Positions 23,568 to 33,281 of a DNA stretch of 64,000 bases are shown here, in pieces. The notes beneath the pieces were generated by a model. It did no database searches. It was not told the DNA's origin and was given only the letters and a program-made list of their open reading frames with translations. Both the position numbers and the translations under genes were made by a program. Numbering within the stretch: position 1 is the stretch's first letter; each line of letters begins with the position of its first letter. The DNA comes from Hormiphora californensis (Eukaryota; Animalia; Ctenophora), in NCBI GenBank assembly GCA_020137815.1, contig CM035353.1:806001-870000 (forward strand), in the 5' to 3' direction.

Positions 23568-26491
23568 AGCTTAACTTGGCCACCCTTAACTGTTTTTCTA
23601 TTCGTAACAAGCTTTATGATGTGTTATTTAGTGTGATTGACAACGATATTGATGCAATATGTTTGACTGAGACATGGCTTAATCTTACCGAGAGTGCTAT
23701 TGAGAGTGAGGTACAAGAGCTTGGTTACAAATTGATCAGTCGGTCGCGTGGCTCTAGAGGGGGTGGTGTTGCCATCCTCATGAGGAAATCCTTCCACCAT
23801 GTTCAGGTAACACACTCCTTCTCATCATTCGAGTGTGTGGAAACCCTAATCACACATCCTCAAATTAAACCTCTTCGACTTCTTGGCGTATATCGCCCTC
23901 CATCGAGTCCTACAGCCTTATTCCTAGATGAGTTCGAAACGCTGTTACATGAACTTTCTGGTAGATCAGGTGAAATTGTTTTCACAGGTGATTTCAACAT
24001 CCATATCCACGACAACAGCTCAACTTTTACTAAATCATTCCTCCAATTGTTGGATGACCATCTTTTTCATCAGTTTGTAAATGAACCTACTCATATAGCA
24101 GGGGGTATACTTGACCTTGTTGTTGCTAAATCACTCCCCAGTTCATCTCCGATCTCTAACGTGGAAGCTAATATGATCCCTGCGGCACCTGATCATGCAT
24201 TGGTCTCTTTCAATTTGCACATTGGTGCACCTACCAAGCGGAAGAAGTACATTTCAGTTAAGAAGAGGAACATTGAATCCCTTGACTTGGACTCATTCAG
24301 AAGTGAAATCCTAAAATCGCCACTCTGTGACCTTGATATCTTCACAACAAATCTTGATGAGGCTATTGAACTCTTTGAGGAGCTTCTTACGGAGTTTCTG
24401 GATGAACTTGCCCCAGTCGTTGAAACTATAGTTCCGGAAGAACCCAGTCCTAGATGGTACAACAGCAGTTGCCAAGATGCAAAACGTCGCCGAAGAGCAG
24501 CAGAGAGAAAATATCGAGCCGCATTGAAAAAATCGGTGTGTATCAAACAACTACTTGATTCTCTTCGTACTCTTCGAGAAGAGTCAAAGGCTGCCACCAA
24601 GTACATTGTTGGAACTAGAAATGACTACTATCGTGGCCGGCTTGAAGAGGCAGGGAATGACTCTAAGAAAACCTACAGAATCATGAATGGACTACTTGGA
24701 CAGGAACGTAATCCTACAATTCTACCAGAACACAGTGATGAAACTGAACTCTGCCAGAAGTTCATGACATTTTTCAAGGAGAAGATAGACAAAATCTACC
24801 AAGATATTCAGAGTTTGCAATCAGATGAAGATCAGGAGTTTTCTTCTAGTTCCACTACTGACAACGTTCCTCCACAGTTTAACTGTTTCCAGCCTGTTAC
24901 CAGTGAGGACTTGGTCAAGGTTATACGATCCCTAAACTACAAGGCGTGTGACTTGGACCCTGTTCCGTCGAAGCTCATGGCTGCATCTGTCCATGAACTC
25001 ATGCCTGTTATCGATTCAATTGTCAATGGAAGTTTGGAGAGTGGAGTTTTTCCATCGGCGCTGAAGAAAGCAGTTATCCGTCCTGTATATAAAGGAAAAG
25101 GTCTTGACTCGAATAACTTGGGGAGTTACAGGCCCATCTCCAACCTCAGTTTTATTTCCAAAATCATCGAGAAGTGCGTATCCATTCAACTCACTGCACA
25201 CCTTGAGCAGCATGGACTATTTGCGTCTGTTCAATCTGCCTATAGGAGTAAACATTCTTGTGAAACGGCTACCCTGAAAATCTTCAACGACCTTCTTGTG
25301 CTGACGGACAAGCGTAGAAAAGCTGTACTTTTACTTCTGGATTTGTCGGCTGCGTTTGATACTGTTCCCCATTCTACACTTCTCCGCCGTCTCGAGCACC
25401 TGTATGGTGTTAAGGGAGTAGCCCTTGATTGGTTTACGTCATATCTTCAAGAGCGGAAGGCATTTGTAAAAATTGGACAAGGTCAATCATCAGAGGTGGA
25501 AATCTGTATTGGAGTACCCCAAGGGTCTATTCTTGGGCCTCTTCTTTTTGTTCTTTTCACTAAGGATCTTGAGACTATCGCAGCTAGACATGGTGTTAAA
25601 ATTCATTTATACGCAGACGATTCTCAGCTATATATCAGCTTCACCAACAACAACTGGGCACAGTGTGAAAGTCAGTTGCAAAATTGTTTTACCGAGGTTG
25701 AGAAATGGATGGCATCGAGTTACCTAAAACTCAATCCTTCGAAGACAGAGCTGCTATTCATCTCATCAAGAACTGACAGAAGTCCCAACCCAATTGGCTA
25801 TAATGATACACTGACACTAAGAGGTATCAGTCAGTCATCAAAAGCAGACATTACCCCATCTCAACAGGCCAAAAACCTTGGAGTTATCTTTGATGAAAGG
25901 TTAACCATGAAGGCTCATGTCTCAAAAGTGGTGAAGGAATGTAACCTGAATCTCATCAATCTTCGGCGTATTGCTGACAAACTTTCGAGGAAACACAAGG
26001 TTCAGCTTGTCCACTCCTTGATACACTCACGTCTTGATTATTGCAATGGACTGTTAATTGGTGCAGATCAAAGTGACATTTCTCGACTACAAAAAGTTCA
26101 AAACTCTGCGACACGATTTGTTTTCGGCAGAAGGCAGTGGAGAGGAGTGACTAAACTCAGAAAGCAGCTACATTTTCTTCCTGTTTCGGCCAGGATCGAG
26201 TTCAAGATTTGTCTCATGGTTTTCAAATGTCTCAACAATCTTGCGCCATCATATTTACAGGATATTATCCAACGGCGACAACCTAAAATCAAATCTCTGA
26301 GGTATGACAATGATGATACCCTCCTTGAGAGAGACTTCTCCACCAAATACAAAACTTCTCAGCGTGCTTTCCAGGTATCAGGACCTAGGCTATGGAATAG
26401 CCTACCTGCCTCTATCAGAAATTGTTCAGATGAGGTCATCTTCAAATCGAGGTTGAAAACCTACCTTTTCGACAAGTCATACGACCACTGA
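23555..26491 (+). CDS. LINE-A ORF2, apurinic endonuclease plus reverse transcriptase; -1 frame, no ATG before the APE motifs
   Basis: [26 protein letters not shown]; [31 protein letters not shown]. Confidence 0.93.
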   Translation, partial: KKPVELNLATLNCFSIRNKLYDVLFSVIDNDIDAICLTETWLNLTESAIESEVQELGYKLISRSRGSRGGGVAILMRKSFHHVQVTHSFSSFECVETLITHPQIKPLRLLGVYRPPSSPTALFLDEFETLLHELSGRSGEIVFTGDFNIHIHDNSSTFTKSFLQLLDDHLFHQFVNEPTHIAGGILDLVVAKSLPSSSPISNVEANMIPAAPDHALVSFNLHIGAPTKRKKYISVKKRNIESLDLDSFRSEILKSPLCDLDIFTTNLDEAIELFEELLTEFLDELAPVVETIVPEEPSPRWYNSSCQDAKRRRRAAERKYRAALKKSVCIKQLLDSLRTLREESKAATKYIVGTRNDYYRGRLEEAGNDSKKTYRIMNGLLGQERNPTILPEHSDETELCQKFMTFFKEKIDKIYQDIQSLQSDEDQEFSSSSTTDNVPPQFNCFQPVTSEDLVKVIRSLNYKACDLDPVPSKLMAASVHELMPVIDSIVNGSLESGVFPSALKKAVIRPVYKGKGLDSNNLGSYRPISNLSFISKIIEKCVSIQLTAHLEQHGLFASVQSAYRSKHSCETATLKIFNDLLVLTDKRRKAVLLLLDLSAAFDTVPHSTLLRRLEHLYGVKGVALDWFTSYLQERKAFVKIGQGQSSEVEICIGVPQGSILGPLLFVLFTKDLETIAARHGVKIHLYADDSQLYISFTNNNWAQCESQLQNCFTEVEKWMASSYLKLNPSKTELLFISSRTDRSPNPIGYNDTLTLRGISQSSKADITPSQQAKNLGVIFDERLTMKAHVSKVVKECNLNLINLRRIADKLSRKHKVQLVHSLIHSRLDYCNGLLIGADQSDISRLQKVQNSATRFVFGRRQWRGVTKLRKQLHFLPVSARIEFKICLMVFKCLNNLAPSYLQDIIQRRQPKIKSLRYDNDDTLLERDFSTKYKTSQRAFQVSGPRLWNSLPASIRNCSDEVIFKSRLKTYLFDKSYDH

Positions 26492-26933
26492 TCTGTAACC
26501 TTGAGTTGTTTACAGCACCTTTTTCTACCGTGTTTTTTAATTGAAACGTGGTTTTCAGCTATCTTATTAATCTAACTTATTAAATACTCTAACTTATTAA
26601 TTAATCCACATTTACATCTAATGATGATTTAGTTCAATGATATATTTTGTATGTACGTGTGTGTTGCATGTGTGTTGCATTTGGGTGAGTGCTGTGTGTG
26701 TTTGTACTTTGTGTGTGTGTTTGTGTGTGTGTATGTATTTAGTAAAGTAGTAAAGTAAACTTTACTCCCAGTAATGGCTTGGTTCTAACCTTTTTTCTTG
26801 GTCTTTTATGGTACACCGCTTTAGAAGGCAGTAAGAGTGCTCTAGCGTATAAATTGGTTTTTATAGCGTTATCATTTTTTTACTATATATGTCAAAAAGC
26901 GGGATATTAAGTGTATAATTGAATTGAATTGAA

Positions 26934-28067
26934 CGTACCTGCCTGGGGTGCAAAGCAGAAGACCATGACGCAGACAACACAGATGTGAGTACTGGAAGGG
27001 GTTGGTGTTGGTTGTGCGAGGGATGCTATGGTCGTGTTGAGGGTGGTTGTTGTTTAGCTGAGGTTAGTAGTCCAGTTGAGGGTGGGGCGCCTACTGAGGC
27101 GGATGCTGGAGGGGTGGTTCTAAATGACGGGACCTGTGAGAGAATAGCATCGATGGTTGTTGCGGCTTGTGGGTTGAAAGTTGACTGTCTGGTCAGCAAG
27201 ATAGCTGACAAACTGGTCGAATATAGTATGGAAGGGAGTGGTTTAGAGGATAGAGTTGGGGTTGAGCGGGGTTCTTTTGCAGATGTAGCAAAAAAGCAAA
27301 CGACTGGTAAGATTGTGGTGAAGAATGGAGGAGAGGGTTTTGTTGATCGTGCCTCGGAAGCCCTAAGTAAGACCCCTTTAACGTACCTTAGACAGGAGAA
27401 GGATGGGAGTGTTATCATAGCTCTTCCAGATGAAGAGACTCTGTCCTCTGCAGAAAAACGATTGACTGAAATTATCCCAGAGAATGCACAAGTTACCAAA
27501 TCGGTCCGTCACCCGAAAATAACCATCAGAGACTTTCCTTTGCCATCGGCGGTTTCTGCACGGAATGCTTCTACACGGGATGCTTCTGTACGGGATGAGC
27601 TGAATGCGAAGATCACAGAGGCTGTTAAGATAAAGAACCCTGATCTGAGAGATTTGATTGAAAGGGGTGACAAGTTCGATGTGGTATATGTAGGTAAGAG
27701 CGGAAATAGGGAAACTGCACCAGTGGGGGTGAGAGTGTCATGCGACATTAGGGACTTGCTGACACGTAAGGGACGTGTATTTATTGGAAACAGTTCCTGC
27801 AGGGTTGAAGACCGTCATTATATCCCACAGTGTTATAAATGTCAAAGGTATGGTCATAAGTCTAATGAATGTGAACAGACAAGTTATACTTGCAAGTTCT
27901 GTGCCGGATCCCATGATACCAGACGCTGTCCGGACATGTCGAGGGTTTGTTGTGCTAACTGTATGAAATCGAGGGATACACAACTACGAGGAAGAGCATA
28001 TTACCATAATGCGGGATCTTTGGATTGTCCAGTATACCTCCTCAAACTCAGGAACTCAAAAAACTAA
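26934..28067 (+). CDS. LINE-B ORF1 (partial PHD-like finger, CCHC knuckles)
   Basis: CYKCQRYGHKSNEC, CKFCAGSHDTRRC, CANC...HNAGSLDC; ends SKN*. Confidence 0.85.
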   Translation, partial: RTCLGCKAEDHDADNTDVSTGRGWCWLCEGCYGRVEGGCCLAEVSSPVEGGAPTEADAGGVVLNDGTCERIASMVVAACGLKVDCLVSKIADKLVEYSMEGSGLEDRVGVERGSFADVAKKQTTGKIVVKNGGEGFVDRASEALSKTPLTYLRQEKDGSVIIALPDEETLSSAEKRLTEIIPENAQVTKSVRHPKITIRDFPLPSAVSARNASTRDASVRDELNAKITEAVKIKNPDLRDLIERGDKFDVVYVGKSGNRETAPVGVRVSCDIRDLLTRKGRVFIGNSSCRVEDRHYIPQCYKCQRYGHKSNECEQTSYTCKFCAGSHDTRRCPDMSRVCCANCMKSRDTQLRGRAYYHNAGSLDCPVYLLKLRNSKN

Positions 28068-30973
28068 GAAACGATAAAGGACAACTACTGAAAAACAGGA
28101 CTTTGAAGGTTGGTCTGGCAAACTGCTTCTCGCTAAGGAATAAGGTGTACTCCATTATCGAGTTAATGGTTCAACATAATCTTTCCTGCTTAGCACTAAC
28201 AGAGACCTGGCTCAATCAAGATGAATCGGCATTGGCTGTAGAGTTTAAAGAGTTTGGCTTTACATTGGTTAATACTGCGAGACGTAATGGGAAAAAAGGG
28301 GGAGGAGTTGGTTTCATTTTCCGGGATGACATCAAGTTTACTACTTATAACATCAGATCTACTTCATTTGAATGTACCGAGGCATTTGTAAAGGGAAGGG
28401 TAGGACTTCGCTTTTCAGTTGTCTACAGAACGGGGAATGAACATGCCCAATTCCTTACTGAGTTTAGTGACTATCTATCCTCATTCGTATCGAAAGGTGG
28501 TGTTCCTGTGATCCTTGGAGACTTTAACGTTAGGTTCCAAGATGAGGCGGATAGTTTTACAAGGAGATTTAAGGACATCATTGATTCAGAGGGTTGGTTA
28601 CAACATGTGGTTGGCCCGACTCACACCAGGGGTGGAACACTAGACCTGGTACTGACAAGAAAAGACGAAGACATTGGTTTAAGTGATGTTGAGGTATATC
28701 GTTCTCCGGCTTTACCAGATCATTCCCTTGTGAGCTTCTCCCTGGAAGTTTCTGGTATAAGTTCCACATCAGACTATAGGACGGTCACTAGTCGAATGAT
28801 GAAAGACTTCGATATAGAAGATCTAAGAAGTGACATACTTGGATCGGATATGTGTGGGGAGCTACCTGATGATTTAGATGACTGTGTAGCGCTATTCAAC
28901 ACTGAAACTCGATCATTCATGGACAAGAGAGCACCATATGTAACCAGAAGAGTGAAAACTAGAAATGAACAATGGTATAACCAGAACTATGATAAATGTC
29001 AATCAGCCAAGAGGATGCGAAGGAGAAAGGAAAGAAAGTACTGGGGTAAATTGGGGAAATCAACAGATCCAATGGAGTTGTTGAATTTGTACCAGGATTC
29101 TGCTGAACAAGACAAAGAGACTGAGCGGGTGTTACGGAGTGTGAGAGAAGGATTTTTTGCAGCGAAGCTGGAAGGACAGCGGCATGATCCACGGGGAACA
29201 TGGCAAACCACCAACTATCTCTTGGGTAGACAGAAACCAGCGGTTGTACCTACTAACATAGCACATACGGATCTAGCTGATTCTTTTATGGCTGCTTTCA
29301 AAGGGAAGGTCGAAAAGATCTACAGTGCGATGGATAAGGAACGACAAGACTTGCCCCACTTTCAAGACCCCACTACACATTCCAACACACCGCCTGATTT
29401 CGAGTTTACAAGCATCTCTGATGAGACACTCCGAGCAACTTTATTTGACATGGGGACAAAGCATTGTGAGTTGGATCCTCTTCCCACATCATATGTGCGG
29501 AGTCTCTTTGCTGAATTATTGCCTATCCTTTCTAAAATCGTCAACTCTAGCTTAACCACAGGGGTCTTTCCTTCTGAACTCAAGACTGCTCTGATTCGAC
29601 CCCTTATCAAGAAAGCTGGTCTAGATCCGGATGATCTTGGTAACTATAGACCCGTCAGTAACTTGCCTTTTCTTGGTAAACTTATCGAGAGATGTGCAGC
29701 AGATCAGTTTGTGAAGCACCTTGAAGACCATGCGTTACTGCCCAAAAACCAGTCTGCCTACCGTGCGAACAAGAGCTGTGAGACGGCGACTCTCCGCATT
29801 CTGGATGATCTACTAATGCTAACAGACGATAAATCGAAGGTTGCACTTTTACTCTTAGATATGAGTGCTGCATTCGATACTGTTAACCATTCTGTCTTGC
29901 TGCAACGACTTAAGAAGTTGTATGGGGTGAAAGGTACATCTTTAGCATGGTTTGAGAGCTATCTCACGGGGAGAACTGCGTCAGTATCGGTTGGGCAGGT
30001 TAAGTCGACTCTTACAGCAATTGGTATCGGGGTGCCTCAGGGTTCTATTTTGGGCCCTATTCTTTTTATATGCTACACTGCAGAGCTGGAATCGATTGCC
30101 TTAAGGAATGGTGTACATATTCATTTTTATGCTGATGATACCCAGATATACGCCGCTTTTTCGACTGAGAACTTTGTGGAGACCGAACGGAGACTTCGAA
30201 AGTGTGCCACGGACATTCAGTCTTGGCTAACAGCGAGCTTCCTGCGTCTCAATCCATCTAAGACTGAGATCCTGATACTATCGCCTAAAGACTCCAATAC
30301 TCAAAGCTCTTTCCAGCTGGTTGAGGGCGCTGAACCTTTACCTGTTGCTACTTCTGTGAGGAATCTGGGAGTGTATTTTGATGATAGGCTATCTTTTGAT
30401 GAACATGTGACCAGAATCGTCAACTCCTGTAATGCTACATTGGTGAATCTATGGAGGGGAGGAGGTAAACTTTCAAGGAAACTAAAGACTACCCTTGTGG
30501 CGAGCCTTATACACTCTAAGTCGGACTACTGTAACTCCCTGTTGACTGGTATTACGAAGAAGAATTTAGACAGACTGCAAAAGATCCAGAATGCTGCTGC
30601 AAGGTTCATTTATGGCCAGAGAAAATGGAGGGGTACTACCAACTTGAGAAAAGCACTGCACTTTCTCCCAGTAGCTGAGAGAATTGAGTTCAAAGTATGT
30701 GTACTGGTGTATAAATGTGTCAACGGTGATGCACCTGGCTACTTATCTGACCGAATTCAAAAAAGAAGGAGGAAATCTATGAGTCTCAGAAAAGATGACG
30801 ACAACCTTCTCTTGGAGACACCAAGGGCTAGGTATAAACTAAACGAAAGTGCCTTCAGTGTATGCGGCCCGAAGTTTTGGAACCAATTGCCAAGAAGACT
30901 TAGATCTGCCGAATCCTTAAACAGTTTTAAAAGAGATCTGAAGACGCATCTGTTTGGAAAGGCATTTGGGTAG
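28058..30973 (+). CDS. LINE-B ORF2, APE plus RT; -1 frame relative to ORF1
   Basis: [51 protein letters not shown]. Confidence 0.93.
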   Translation, partial: KKLRNDKGQLLKNRTLKVGLANCFSLRNKVYSIIELMVQHNLSCLALTETWLNQDESALAVEFKEFGFTLVNTARRNGKKGGGVGFIFRDDIKFTTYNIRSTSFECTEAFVKGRVGLRFSVVYRTGNEHAQFLTEFSDYLSSFVSKGGVPVILGDFNVRFQDEADSFTRRFKDIIDSEGWLQHVVGPTHTRGGTLDLVLTRKDEDIGLSDVEVYRSPALPDHSLVSFSLEVSGISSTSDYRTVTSRMMKDFDIEDLRSDILGSDMCGELPDDLDDCVALFNTETRSFMDKRAPYVTRRVKTRNEQWYNQNYDKCQSAKRMRRRKERKYWGKLGKSTDPMELLNLYQDSAEQDKETERVLRSVREGFFAAKLEGQRHDPRGTWQTTNYLLGRQKPAVVPTNIAHTDLADSFMAAFKGKVEKIYSAMDKERQDLPHFQDPTTHSNTPPDFEFTSISDETLRATLFDMGTKHCELDPLPTSYVRSLFAELLPILSKIVNSSLTTGVFPSELKTALIRPLIKKAGLDPDDLGNYRPVSNLPFLGKLIERCAADQFVKHLEDHALLPKNQSAYRANKSCETATLRILDDLLMLTDDKSKVALLLLDMSAAFDTVNHSVLLQRLKKLYGVKGTSLAWFESYLTGRTASVSVGQVKSTLTAIGIGVPQGSILGPILFICYTAELESIALRNGVHIHFYADDTQIYAAFSTENFVETERRLRKCATDIQSWLTASFLRLNPSKTEILILSPKDSNTQSSFQLVEGAEPLPVATSVRNLGVYFDDRLSFDEHVTRIVNSCNATLVNLWRGGGKLSRKLKTTLVASLIHSKSDYCNSLLTGITKKNLDRLQKIQNAAARFIYGQRKWRGTTNLRKALHFLPVAERIEFKVCVLVYKCVNGDAPGYLSDRIQKRRRKSMSLRKDDDNLLLETPRARYKLNESAFSVCGPKFWNQLPRRLRSAESLNSFKRDLKTHLFGKAFG

Positions 30974-31073
30974 TTTTGGCGTTAGAAGTCTTCTGTGTGG
31001 GTTGTGGTTTGTTTTCTGTCCTGGCGTTTGTGTTAGGCTTTGGTTGCATCGGGGGTTTGTAGTGTGGTCTTCC

Positions 31074-31345
31074 GGTGGAGTCTGTGAAGTGGTGGTGGTG
31101 GGGTCTGTGAAGTGGTGGTGGAGTCTGTGAAGTGGTGGTGGTGTCTGTGAAGTGGTGGTGGAGTCTGTGAAGTGGTGGTGGTATCTGTGAAGTGGTGGTG
31201 GAGTCTGTGAAGTGGTGGTGAAGTTTGTGAAGTGGTGGTGGAGTCTGTGAAGTGGCGGTGGAGTCTGTGAAGTGGTGGTGGAGTCTGTGAAGTGGCGGTG
31301 GAGTCTGTGAAGTGGTGGTGAAGTATGTGAAGTGGTGGTGTAGCA
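31074..31345. repeat. 21-bp minisatellite (ggtggagtctgtgaagtggtg-type) in the LINE-B 3' UTR
   Basis: About 12 tandem units visible directly. Confidence 0.9.
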
Positions 31346-33281
31346 TGTGATGTGGTGGTAGGGTCTTTGAAGTGGTGCCTCTTTTGGCTTTGAAGTGAGG
31401 TTTTGAGGTGATCTGCTGAGTCTCGGTTTGGAGTTTTAGAATCATCGTGGGATAGGCTGTGGGAAAGGCTGTGTTGTGGTGAAGTCTCGGATGGGAGGTC
31501 TTTCCTTTTACGTCCTACATTCCTCTACTGTGCTACATTCCTATCATTACTACATTCCTATTTTGACTACATCCCCTATAACTATAACTACATCATCATC
31601 TGAAGTCCTTTCCTCCAACATATGAGTAGAGTAGGGGTCTGATATCATGTCAAGAGTGTCGAGTTTTTTTGAGTATATTTTCTGGTTGTATTGTGACAGT
31701 GTGTGTTGAGTTTCTTTCCTTTCTGGCTAGAGTAGAGTCATAGGTTCTTTGAGCGAGCGAGTGAGCCAGCCTGAACAATGTTCAGTGAACATCACGGAGG
31801 GTATTACGTTCTCGAAGACATCAAGACGATAAACATACATGGACTTTATTCGAGTGTGTTTGGAGAATAGACTCTAGAGTTTCTAAGTTGGGCAGCTCTT
31901 AATTTTATATCTTCTCTATCCTAGTTACCTTAAAATTACTTTAAATTAGAACCTAAATACTTACGTCTAGTACAGTTATCTATCTTACAGCTTACTATAA
32001 CTAGCTTAACGTTTTTATCGTACATTAAATTTTAAACCCAACCGCATTTATTAACTTATTCTGACTGGCCATTGCACTGGTCTCCTGCCTTTTTTATTTT
32101 TTACCGCTCCAATTAATTAATTTATTAACAGCTTTGTATTTAACCTATCTGACTGACCTCTGGTCTCTTGCTTTTTTATTTTTCTACCTCGTTATTCATT
32201 AATTTATTACCAGCTTCTTTAGAATTTTCCATAGGCCATTTATTAGATCATAACCTTATATAGCAATTAATATGGTTAGTGTGTATTACCTTATCGGTTA
32301 TCCTGTTACAGTTACTTTATCCATTAACTAATTACTTAGCTATTCGCCTCCTTTTTAGATCACTAGCCTTTTACTTGAATTAATTATTAAACTATTCTAC
32401 TTACTTAGTATTTACACTATGTACTTATTAATCAACAGTTAATTATCTAACTAGTTATTATCTAACTAGTTAATTATCAATTATCTAACTAGTTAATTTC
32501 TCAATTATCTAACTACTTAATCACTCAACGAATTAATTACGCTATTTCTTAATTAGATATTTTATAACCCTTATTTTCTACATAAATTTATATATATTAT
32601 ATCGAATGACTGCCGACGGTTTTTTAAGGCCTTTAGGATCTTATAATCCTATAAGAGCCGCTTTAGAAGGCTTGTTAGTGGTGGGTGCGTTGCTTCAATC
32701 GACTGATTGAAACGGCGTCCTCCTAGCACTAACAATGCATAGGCCCAAAAGCGGGATATAAATTATAATTGTATTTGTATTTGTATTTAACTTTGAATCA
32801 GCCAAAACGGTTGAGTGGTTTGGCGGTTAGAGCCATTTTAGTGAATCAACTTTTTTGGCAGCGCGCACCTGTAAACAGGCCTCCAAACACCCAGATCGTA
32901 ACGGCGCCCGCAGTAGCACTCATGTCTCATATGACGGTTTTTTAGGGTTAGGGCTAAACTAGGGTTAGGGCTAGTGCTGGGGTTCAGGTTGGGGTTATGG
33001 CTTGAGACTTTCTATCAGATAAACTTTGAATTAGCCGAAACGGTTCACGGTTGAGTGATTCCGATTTCCATGGTTAGAGCCATTTTGGCAGTGTGGACCT
33101 AAAAACAGGCCTTTAAACACCCATATCGTGACGTCAGAGAGGTTTTAAGTCGGATTTTTTGAAGTTAAGAATAATTTTTTTCCGTTTTTTTTCATGTTTT
33201 TACCTGCAGGTCCCCGGTGTTGGCGTTTAATTCGGCCATCTGATCTACAAATTTTGAAAAATATCATGTAAATTCCAGGGA

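Larger units (their letters stand above)
22330..26933 (+). mobile_element. LINE-A: near full-length L2/CR1-group non-LTR retrotransposon with (AATTG)n tail
   Basis: ORF1 with three CCHC knuckles, an intact APE-RT ORF2, a 3' UTR stem ccgcttt...aaagcgg and tail aattgaattgaattgaa. Confidence 0.93.
26934..32788 (+). mobile_element. LINE-B: L2/CR1-group element, 5'-truncated inside a PHD-like finger, ~1.8-kb 3' UTR, (TTGTAT)n tail
   Basis: Begins directly after the LINE-A tail with RTCLGCKAEDH...WCWLCEGC. Intact ORF2. Same 3' motif ccgctttagaaggc...aaaagcgggata. Confidence 0.92.

Noticed and set aside
30927-31445. His/Thr/Pro-rich minus-strand ORF
   Set aside because: Antisense reading of the 21-bp minisatellite in the LINE-B 3' UTR.
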